A program made the translations under genes and the position numbers. This document shows, in pieces, positions 24,777 through 32,000 of a stretch of DNA of 32,000 nucleotides. Source of the DNA: Caldivirga maquilingensis IC-167 (lineage in GTDB: Archaea; Thermoproteota; Thermoprotei; Thermoproteales; Thermocladiaceae); the NCBI RefSeq assembly GCF_000018305.1, contig NC_009954.1, forward strand, positions 1,440,001-1,472,000. The letters are read 5' to 3'. Below the pieces are notes generated by a model that did no database searches, was not told the DNA's origin, and saw only the letters and a program-made list of their open reading frames with translations. Positions within the stretch are counted from its first letter, which is position 1. Every line of letters starts with the position of its first letter.

Positions 24777-25337
24777 GTGCAGCTAATGCAGCCTTACATT
24801 GAGTTGGTTAGGAGGTATGTCTATAGGAGGATTCTCATTGAGTTTGGTGATGATGAGTTAGGTAAGTTGGCTGTGGCCATTTTTAACACGCTTTTAAGTA
24901 GGGGGGAGGCTATGACTGATGATAAGTTGACTTCAATTGTCGGCTACAATGCTATTGATGTTAGGAGGATTCTCCAAGCCCTATACAATATGAGGCTTGC
25001 CTCAGTGGTTGAGGAGTTTAATGAGGCGGCCGGTAGGATTGAGCAATCGTGGTCCATTAAGGATGAGGATATTAGGAGGTTTCTAATCAACCTAATAGGT
25101 GGTGTTTTGGATAAGGTTGGTGTATTAATGCAACAGTTAACAAATACACCCATCTACATTTGTCCCAAGTGCTTTAAGAGGTATAGTGAGGATGATGCCT
25201 TAATGTATGATTACAAGTGCCCATTAGACAGGACTCCACTGGAGTACATTAATCCAGCGGATTACTTAACAGTGCTTGGTGCTGTTGAGGCTAGGCTTAA
25301 GAAGATGATGGAGTCCGTCAGTAAGGGGAGTGTATAG
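24777..25337 (+). CDS. tfe: transcription factor E alpha subunit (TFIIE-alpha homologue)
   Basis: 186 aa with an N-terminal winged helix and a C-terminal Zn-ribbon-like YICPKCFKRY...YKCPLDRTPL. The start is either GTG at 24777 or ATG at 24786; TATA-like boxes (cataaatg / gttaataaa) fit either. Confidence 0.8.
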   Translation: MQLMQPYIELVRRYVYRRILIEFGDDELGKLAVAIFNTLLSRGEAMTDDKLTSIVGYNAIDVRRILQALYNMRLASVVEEFNEAAGRIEQSWSIKDEDIRRFLINLIGGVLDKVGVLMQQLTNTPIYICPKCFKRYSEDDALMYDYKCPLDRTPLEYINPADYLTVLGAVEARLKKMMESVSKGSV

Positions 25338-25363
25338 GGTATTACTGTTTAATGGGAGAGTTA

Positions 25364-25374
25364 GATTTTAAAGG
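25364..25374 (+). promoter_or_regulatory. TATA-like box for the NCS1 permease gene
   Basis: gattttaaagg lies about 28-38 nt upstream of the GTG at 25402. Confidence 0.45.
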
Positions 25375-25401
25375 GGCCCAGTAGTCGGGTCGAGGGCGTT
25401 C

Positions 25402-26994
25402 GTGGGGGAAACAATAAACTCCCAGTCAACGGTGGTTTACAATAGAGAGAGGGGTCAATTAGAGTTAAAGGTCTCATACCCTGAGGAGAAGTACCTATGG
25501 AACAGTGACCTTCACCCAACGCCAATACGTAAGAGGACCTGGGGCTGGTACACTTATGCAGCAATATGGTTCAGCATGGCCTTCATAGTGCCAAGTTGGT
25601 CACTGGCAAGCCTCGGCTTATCCTTTGGCCTAGGGGCGGTGGAGTCAATACTAGTCGTCTTCCTAGGCAACCTAATAGTCCTAGTACCAATGATAATTCA
25701 ATCCCACGGTGGCGCAAGGTACGGTATACCTGAACCAGTTTTAACTAGGACTAGGTGGGGTGTCTACGGGGCTGTTTTCCCCAGTTGGATAAGGGCTGTG
25801 ATCGGTGCCGGATGGTGGGGTATTGAGTCATACATTATGACTGAGGCCGCAGTAGGCATTTACGCGGTCTTAAGCGGTAAACTACCGGTTATTGAGTCCC
25901 TTGTGGCTAAGGGTGTTGCGTCACCATTCACAATAAGTATAGCCTTCCCTCAAGTCTTCTGGGTAACCTTCATTGCAATAATAATTCTTCAACTAATCCT
26001 ACTATACCACTCCCCAGTGCCTAATGCTCAACCAGCCTTAAAGTGGTTTGCAAGGCTCTCGGCACCGTTAATACTGGCCGGCTTCCTTGCACTATGGCTA
26101 CACTTCATGTCAGCATCAGGTTGGAATTACGGTAACATATTCTCAATACACAGTAGCCTAAGGGGCTCAGCCTACTGGCTGGCTTGGTTAGCCTTCCTAA
26201 ACGCAAACATAGCCTACTGGGCAACCATGGCCCTATCAATGCCTGATTACACCAGGTTCGCTAAGAGCCAGGTGGCTCAAATGATTGGGCAGGTCCCAAT
26301 GCCATTCATGATGCTTACAGTGGCTGTACTGGGCACCATGACCACTGGGGCTGTTATGAGGCTTACTGGTCAACCAATATGGGATCCAATACTCCTATCA
26401 ACACTCTACATGGGGCCCATTGCCGGCGTGGTGGTTAATCTACTATTCCTCCTAGCCACCTTCGCTGTTAACGTATTCGCCAACACCGTTGGACCAGCCT
26501 ATGACTTCGCCAATACCTTACCCAGGTACATAACCTGGTTCAGGGGTGTTTTAATAGTGGTTGCTGTTGCAGTGCTCCTAGGTGCATGGACATACTATGG
26601 CTCAGCCTACGGCTACCTATACAATTGGCTACTAACCTACGGTGGATTATTAGGCTCAGTGGAGGGTATTATAATATTTGATTACGCATTAATAAGGAGG
26701 TTTAAGTTTGAGCTTCAGGACGTCTTCCTAAGCCACGGTAGGTTCAGGTACTGGAGGGGGATTAACCCAGCGGCCTTCATAACCTTCGCCGTGGTCACCT
26801 TCATAATATACGCTCCAATACCGTACCACAGTATCCTATTCAATAATGCATGGGTACTGGCCTTCATATTATCTGGGTTAATATACACGCCACTCATGGT
26901 TTACTGGATAATACCCAAGTATCAGCCTCACTTAAAGGGATCAATATGGAGGGGAGGTTACGTATCCAGTGAGGTTAAGGAATTATTCAGTTAA
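25402..26994 (+). CDS. NCS1-family nucleobase/hydantoin/allantoin:cation symporter
   Basis: 530 aa with about 12 TM helices. The N-terminal NSDLHPTPIRKRTWGWYTYAAIWFSM block is typical of NCS1 (PF02133) permeases. Confidence 0.8.
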   Translation: MGETINSQSTVVYNRERGQLELKVSYPEEKYLWNSDLHPTPIRKRTWGWYTYAAIWFSMAFIVPSWSLASLGLSFGLGAVESILVVFLGNLIVLVPMIIQSHGGARYGIPEPVLTRTRWGVYGAVFPSWIRAVIGAGWWGIESYIMTEAAVGIYAVLSGKLPVIESLVAKGVASPFTISIAFPQVFWVTFIAIIILQLILLYHSPVPNAQPALKWFARLSAPLILAGFLALWLHFMSASGWNYGNIFSIHSSLRGSAYWLAWLAFLNANIAYWATMALSMPDYTRFAKSQVAQMIGQVPMPFMMLTVAVLGTMTTGAVMRLTGQPIWDPILLSTLYMGPIAGVVVNLLFLLATFAVNVFANTVGPAYDFANTLPRYITWFRGVLIVVAVAVLLGAWTYYGSAYGYLYNWLLTYGGLLGSVEGIIIFDYALIRRFKFELQDVFLSHGRFRYWRGINPAAFITFAVVTFIIYAPIPYHSILFNNAWVLAFILSGLIYTPLMVYWIIPKYQPHLKGSIWRGGYVSSEVKELFS

Positions 26995-27015
26995 ATGCCT
27001 ATAAAACCACTTATT

Positions 27016-27027
27016 CATTTAAAATCC
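27016..27027 (+). promoter_or_regulatory. TATA-like box for the NOL1/NOP2/Sun methyltransferase gene
   Basis: catttaaaatcc lies about 25-30 nt upstream of the GTG at 27048. Confidence 0.5.
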
Positions 27028-27047
27028 CGGTTTAAGCCAAATTAACC

Positions 27048-28328
27048 GTGGTTGAGTTTAACCTAGGGGCAGACTTCGTGGACTTCGCCGCTGACGTAAT
27101 GTACATTATTGAGGATAGGTTAGTGTCAATGGATAAGGCATTCCACTACGCCAGGCTTAGGCATAGGTTGAAGGCACCGCTTAGGGTTTACTATAATGCG
27201 GTTAGTGATGTTGTTAGGAATTACGCCTACTTATCCTTCATGGCTAAGCAACTGTTGGGTTCAAGCTCAAGGAAGGCTATAGCCAAGACCTGGCTACTCC
27301 TAAACACTAATGACCACTACTCCAGGAGGCTTAGGAAGAGGGTGAGGGGTAGGGTTGAGGGCGCTGAGGCTAGGTTAAGTGAGGTTAAGGATAATGACCC
27401 GTTAACGTACCTATCCATTAAGTACTCCTTCCCAAGATTCATAGTGGAGGAGTTGAGTAGGGGAATGGGGCTTAGTGAACTTGAGGATTACTTATCATCA
27501 CTCAACAGGAGGGTTACTTGGCTTAGGGTTAATACGCTTAAGGTGGATTTAGATAAGGCCATTAGGCTCCTTGAGGATGAGGGGGTTGAATTCACTCAAA
27601 GTAGACTATACCCATTCATGCTACTGGTTAAGGGTTATAGGAGGCCAATGGGTTACTTAAGGCTATTTAAGGATGGGGCTGTGGTTCCCCAGGACTTGGC
27701 GTCGGCATTAGTGGTACTCAACCTAATGCCTGAACCCGGGGACGTGATTATTGATGCCTGCGCCGCCCCAGGTATGAAGACTAGTCTAATAATGCAGTTA
27801 ACTGATAATAAGGCTGAGGTCATTGCTATTGATGTTTCTAAGAATAGGTTGAGTAAAATGAGGTCAATATTAAGGAGAATGGGTGTTGATGACTCAAGGG
27901 TGCATATAATGCGTTCAGACTCAAGTAGATTAAGGTTAACTGGGGTTAATGTTAATAAGGTGCTTATTGATGCACCATGCACCTCAAGCGGGGCAGTCTC
28001 AAAGGATCCGGGAATTAAACTAATACTAGCCAGTAATCCAGGCTTGGTTAAGCGTCAATCACTGGTGCAGTCATCAATACTACTTAACTTAATTAACCAG
28101 CTTAAGGATGCATCAATAGTATATGCTACCTGCTCAATACTACCTGAGGAGGGTGAGGAGGTTATTGAGAGAATTAACTCATCAAGTAGTGTTAGTTTAG
28201 TTAAGCCCAGTGTGGGTGATTTAAGTAACGGTTACGTGAATTACCCTGTATCAAGCGTTGTGGGTAGGGTAATGCCCCATATTCATAATGCTGAAGGCTT
28301 CTTCATATCAAAGCTCACCATTAACTAG
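27048..28328 (+). CDS. NOL1/NOP2/Sun-family RNA cytosine-C5 methyltransferase
   Basis: 426 aa with DACAAPGMKT (SAM motif I), LIDAPCTSSG (motif IV Cys) and VYATCSILPEE (motif VI Cys). Confidence 0.85.
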   Translation: MVEFNLGADFVDFAADVMYIIEDRLVSMDKAFHYARLRHRLKAPLRVYYNAVSDVVRNYAYLSFMAKQLLGSSSRKAIAKTWLLLNTNDHYSRRLRKRVRGRVEGAEARLSEVKDNDPLTYLSIKYSFPRFIVEELSRGMGLSELEDYLSSLNRRVTWLRVNTLKVDLDKAIRLLEDEGVEFTQSRLYPFMLLVKGYRRPMGYLRLFKDGAVVPQDLASALVVLNLMPEPGDVIIDACAAPGMKTSLIMQLTDNKAEVIAIDVSKNRLSKMRSILRRMGVDDSRVHIMRSDSSRLRLTGVNVNKVLIDAPCTSSGAVSKDPGIKLILASNPGLVKRQSLVQSSILLNLINQLKDASIVYATCSILPEEGEEVIERINSSSSVSLVKPSVGDLSNGYVNYPVSSVVGRVMPHIHNAEGFFISKLTIN

Positions 28329-28329
28329 C

Positions 28330-29883
28330 CTAACCACTACCCCAACCCCCACCACCAGGTGTCTCAACTATGACCTCATCCCCAGGCTCCAGGTCAATGG
28401 TTACTTTACTTGGTAATTCCTCAACACCATTAAGCCTCCTCACAGTAACCCTACCTGGTTTCCCATCTCCACCACCCTGTAATCCCCACGGCCTAGTCCT
28501 GAATCTCTCAGCCATTATTGAGAGCCTAGCCTTAGTTAACACCTTAAATGACCTAACCACCCCATCACCACCCTTATACTTACCGTAACCACCACTACCC
28601 TCCCTAATCCTGTAAGCCGTGAATAATAATGGGTACTGCCTCTCAGCAATCTCAATGGGTGTATTCAAGGTGTTAGTCATATTAACATGAACACCACTCA
28701 CACCAGGTTTCCCAGGCCTACCACCAGTGCCTCCACCCACTGTTTCATAGTAAGCCCAGTAGCCTCCATTGGGTAATGCGCCGCCAATCATGATATTCAT
28801 CATGGTTCCGGAGCCGGCTGCTGGGACACTGTTAGGTAGTGCATTGGCTAATGCCTTAAAAACCACATCCGCAATCCTCTGGGTGGTCTCCACATTACCC
28901 CCTGAGACTGGGGCTGGTTTCCTTGGGTTAACCAGGGTGCCTTCAGGTGCATTAACATTGATTACACTGTAGAAGCCTTCATTGGTTGGTACATCGGTTT
29001 GAATCAAGGATCTAATGGCGAATGAGACCGCTGAGAAGGTTACACCGTAAACCGCATTTATCGGGGCATCCACCTGCCCATGCGTCCCAGAGAAGTCCGC
29101 GGTAATGCCCTCATCGTTAATACTAACCTTAACCCTTATGGGTAGTAATTCATCCCCCAACTCCATGTAGTCAACAGCATTATAATCACCCCTAGGCCAC
29201 TTACTAATTTCAAGTAGACTCAGCCTCCTACCGTATGTAATGCTCTCCCTCCATGAGTTAACAACCTCATCGACACCATACTTACTAATCAACTCCGCAA
29301 CCCTAGATACACCCACTGAGTTGGCTGATAATTGAGCCATAATGTCCCCGAGAGCAGCCTCAGTTGTTTTGAAATTACTCAATATTATGTTAAGGACATC
29401 ACGCTTGAGTTCACCGTTATCCATTATCTTAACGGGAGGCAGTATTAAACCCTCCTCATACAGTGTCCTGGCGTTTGGATTAATACTACCGGGTACGGGG
29501 CCGCCTACATCAACGTGGTGAGCCTTATTAACAACGTAACCCACCAACCTACTGCCGTGGTATATGGGTTGAGTAACCATAACGTCGTTTAAATGTGTCC
29601 CTGAAATATACGGGTCATTCAAGACAACGGCGTCACCCTGCCTAAGCTCAACACCCTCCCTGGATAACCAGTCTAAAAGATTCCTAACACCAATCTTAAA
29701 GGAACCCAGGTGAACGGGTATGTGCTCGGCTTGGGCAATGATATTCCCATCCTCATCAGTAATTGCGCAACTGTGATCCATCCTCTCACGGATATTTGGG
29801 GAAAAGGCCGAGCGCTTCAATGCCACACCCATTTCCTCAGCTATGAATACTGATGCCCTGTAGATTATTTCCCAGGATACCAT
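28330..29883 (-). CDS. hyuB: hydantoinase B / oxoprolinase family protein
   Basis: 517 aa of the Hydantoinase_B type, with Gly-rich blocks ([29 protein letters not shown]). It starts 4 nt after the hyuA stop. Confidence 0.85.
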   Translation of the reverse strand: MVSWEIIYRASVFIAEEMGVALKRSAFSPNIRERMDHSCAITDEDGNIIAQAEHIPVHLGSFKIGVRNLLDWLSREGVELRQGDAVVLNDPYISGTHLNDVMVTQPIYHGSRLVGYVVNKAHHVDVGGPVPGSINPNARTLYEEGLILPPVKIMDNGELKRDVLNIILSNFKTTEAALGDIMAQLSANSVGVSRVAELISKYGVDEVVNSWRESITYGRRLSLLEISKWPRGDYNAVDYMELGDELLPIRVKVSINDEGITADFSGTHGQVDAPINAVYGVTFSAVSFAIRSLIQTDVPTNEGFYSVINVNAPEGTLVNPRKPAPVSGGNVETTQRIADVVFKALANALPNSVPAAGSGTMMNIMIGGALPNGGYWAYYETVGGGTGGRPGKPGVSGVHVNMTNTLNTPIEIAERQYPLLFTAYRIREGSGGYGKYKGGDGVVRSFKVLTKARLSIMAERFRTRPWGLQGGGDGKPGRVTVRRLNGVEELPSKVTIDLEPGDEVIVETPGGGGWGSG

Positions 29884-29887
29884 GGCG

Positions 29888-31861
29888 TCACCTCCTCATA
29901 ATCACCTCCGCATTCCCACCAACCTCAGCCCTCCACCTAGGCGGCACCACTATTGTTGAACCATACTCCTCAATTACGGCTGGTCCCTCAATCACCTGCC
30001 CCATGGGTATGTCGCCACGCCAGTAAACGGGTGCTTCAACCCACTCATTAAAGAAGACTCTCCTAAAGCCCCTTGGCTTAGCCTCACCCCCCAGGTTCTT
30101 CACCTTGAACCTAGGCTTCAACCTTGTTACCACCGCGAAGACCCTTATGGTAACAACCTCAATAGGCTTACTCAACCTAAACCCGTAGGTTGCCTGGTGC
30201 TTATCATTAAAGGTCCTCTCCACGTCCTCAATCCTAGCAGGCCTATTCACTGGTATGGTTAATTCCCAGCCCTGCCCCCTGTACCTAACGTCAGCGTACC
30301 TGAGGAAGTAAGACACCTTGCCAAGCCTCTGGCTTAACTCATCCTCCAGCTTCATAAAACCCTCCTCTAAATCCCTTGGATACGACATCCTCACCTCAAA
30401 CTTCTCATCAGCCATTAATAAACCAAGAGCGGAAAAAGCACCAGGCTCCGGTGGCACAATAATGGTGCTTACCCCTAATTCCTCAGCAATCTCAGCAGAG
30501 TGCTGGGGACCAGCACCACCGAATGCCATTAATGCAAAATCCCCTGGATTAAGCCCCCTCTCCACTGTAACAAGCCTCACTGCCCTGGCCATCTCAATAT
30601 TAGCGAGTTTAATGGCGTTGAGAGCAACATCAATTGGATCACCCAGTCTACGCAGCCCTTTGATGGCGCCTTCCTTATTCAGCTTCATTTCACCACCAAG
30701 GAGGTAATCCCCAATTCTACCTAGGGCTAGGTTAGCATCAGTGAGCGTTGGCTCCACACCACCCTTATCGTAGCATATTGGCCCAGGATCAGCACCCGCG
30801 CTCAATGGCCCAACCCTTAAGGCGCCGGCTTCATCACGCCAAATAATTGTACCACCACCTGAGGATACTTCAGCAAGGTCTATGAATGGGAATCTCACCG
30901 GGTAACCGCTGCCCTTAACTAGTCTCCCATGGTGAACCTCACCGCCGACCTCATACTCCGTGGTTACCTCGGGTTCATGGTTAACTATGGATGATGCCTT
31001 CGCCGTGGTCCCACCCATGTCGAATCCAATAACATTCCTAACACTAATAATCCTTGAGAATTCCGCAGCGGCCACGGCGCCGGCTGCTGGGCCTGATTCA
31101 ATTAATTGAACAGGCCTCTGAGTGGCTTCATCACTATCCACTAGGCCTCCTGAACTGGACATTATGAAGAACTTATCAATACCCAGCTCCCTAAGGCCCT
31201 TGGAAAACTCATTAATGTACTGGCTAACAATGGGCATTAAGGCAGCATTAACGACCGCTGTGGAGGTTCTTTCATACTCCCTAGGCTCTGGGGCAATTTT
31301 ACTTGATAAGGCTACGTAGTTAAAGTACCTGCCTAATACACTGCCTGTAATCTCCTCATTACGTGGATTAATGTATGAGTGCAGGTAAGATACTGCAACT
31401 GAGTTTACGCCAAGGGACTTAGCCTTAACAGCATACTCCTCAACCTCACGTGGGTTAACCTCCTTAACCACCTCACCGTTAGCTAACGTCCTCTCCTCAA
31501 TCTCAAACCTAAGCTCCCTGGGTACAAGGGGCTTAGGCTTCTCGAAGAATAAGTCATAGAGCCTAGGCCTATTCTGACGCCCAATCTCAATAACATCCCT
31601 AAAACCCTTAGTGGTGAATAAGGCAACCTTAGGCAACTCAAGACCCACCTGACCCAATAGGGCATTTGTCCCAATTGTGGTTGCATGCAGGACCTCATCA
31701 ATACGGGCATTAATCCTCCTAAGACCCCCTAATACTGCTGCCTCAGGATTCCTAGGTGTACTAAGAACCTTAAAGGATTCTATTGAACCGTCATCACTTA
31801 AAGTAACGAAATCCGTAAAAGTACCACCAACATCAACAGCAACAATAACCATACAACCCAT
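29888..31861 (-). CDS. hyuA: hydantoinase A / oxoprolinase family protein
   Basis: 657 aa. The N-terminal [13 protein letters not shown] and the internal [10 protein letters not shown] are ASKHA-fold phosphate motifs of Hydantoinase_A. Alternative start at M4 (31852). Confidence 0.9.
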   Translation of the reverse strand: MGCMVIVAVDVGGTFTDFVTLSDDGSIESFKVLSTPRNPEAAVLGGLRRINARIDEVLHATTIGTNALLGQVGLELPKVALFTTKGFRDVIEIGRQNRPRLYDLFFEKPKPLVPRELRFEIEERTLANGEVVKEVNPREVEEYAVKAKSLGVNSVAVSYLHSYINPRNEEITGSVLGRYFNYVALSSKIAPEPREYERTSTAVVNAALMPIVSQYINEFSKGLRELGIDKFFIMSSSGGLVDSDEATQRPVQLIESGPAAGAVAAAEFSRIISVRNVIGFDMGGTTAKASSIVNHEPEVTTEYEVGGEVHHGRLVKGSGYPVRFPFIDLAEVSSGGGTIIWRDEAGALRVGPLSAGADPGPICYDKGGVEPTLTDANLALGRIGDYLLGGEMKLNKEGAIKGLRRLGDPIDVALNAIKLANIEMARAVRLVTVERGLNPGDFALMAFGGAGPQHSAEIAEELGVSTIIVPPEPGAFSALGLLMADEKFEVRMSYPRDLEEGFMKLEDELSQRLGKVSYFLRYADVRYRGQGWELTIPVNRPARIEDVERTFNDKHQATYGFRLSKPIEVVTIRVFAVVTRLKPRFKVKNLGGEAKPRGFRRVFFNEWVEAPVYWRGDIPMGQVIEGPAVIEEYGSTIVVPPRWRAEVGGNAEVIMRR

Positions 31862-31904
31862 GGAGACGCAATAAGTTTATATCTTTTTCCCTCACATCAA
31901 TAAA

Positions 31905-32000
31905 ATGCATAAGTGGGAAGTACTATCACCAGGAGTACCGTTATATACTAACATGGGTTTCGTGGGGTACTGCACATCACTACTCGTAGAGGCGGATGGG
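31905..32000 (+). CDS. hypothetical protein, N-terminal 32 codons only (continues past window end)
   Basis: Absent from the ORF track. ATG at 31905 opens MHKWEVLSPGVPLYTNMGFVGYCTSLLVEADG, which stays open to the window edge. A tttatatc box at about 31876 lies roughly 25-29 nt upstream and is shared divergently with hyuA. Confidence 0.4.
   Translation, partial: MHKWEVLSPGVPLYTNMGFVGYCTSLLVEADG

Noticed and set aside
1-32000. CRISPR arrays, IS elements/transposases, integrases, toxin-antitoxin pairs, inteins and tRNA introns.
   Set aside because: I could see no regularly spaced direct repeats. No ORF has DDE/tyrosine-recombinase or PIN/VapB-like features. The replication proteins are of normal length. 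Both tRNAs fold without introns.

Overview
This AT-rich 32-kb window reads as ordinary chromosomal core of a hyperthermophilic crenarchaeon, probably Thermoproteales-like (Caldivirga/Vulcanisaeta type). That placement is an inference from three things: gene content (PCNA-PriS pair, TFE-alpha, Taw1, FAU-1, A-type ATPase subunit I), two very GC-rich tRNAs in an AT-rich background, and TATA-like boxes about 25-30 nt upstream of most start codons (leaderless-style promoters). I call 31 protein-coding genes, tightly packed on both strands. Two are partial at the window edges and are absent from the ORF track. There are two intron-less tRNAs (Asn-GTT, Arg-TCG). I found no rRNA, CRISPR array, transposase, integrase or provirus. 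Functional themes: (1) replication and information processing: PCNA, PriS, TFE-alpha, Taw1, NOL1/NOP2/Sun RNA m5C methyltransferase, Ard1/RimI-type acetyltransferase, FAU-1; (2) carbohydrate enzymes: PfkB kinase, GH57, a GUS-type GH2, two uncharacterised putative glycosidases; (3) transport: MFS, MarC, FtsX-like permease, NCS1; (4) a hydantoinase/oxoprolinase HyuA-HyuB pair. I do not see a convincing, self-contained novel multi-gene system. The best leads are: (a) a wHTH + stand-alone Cas4-family Fe-S nuclease operon next to tRNA-Asn; (b) a coiled-coil/PD-(D/E)XK fusion protein; (c) an orphan DNA-type C5 cytosine methyltransferase with variant catalytic motifs, downstream of a long spacer carrying a perfect palindrome; (d) the unusual PriS-to-tRNA-Arg interval, which holds an odd small ORF, a 109-nt stretch of about 16% GC and a structured GC island; (e) a tRNA-like fragment in the 375-bp spacer at 498-874. 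Most other listed ORFs are antisense shadow ORFs inside real genes.
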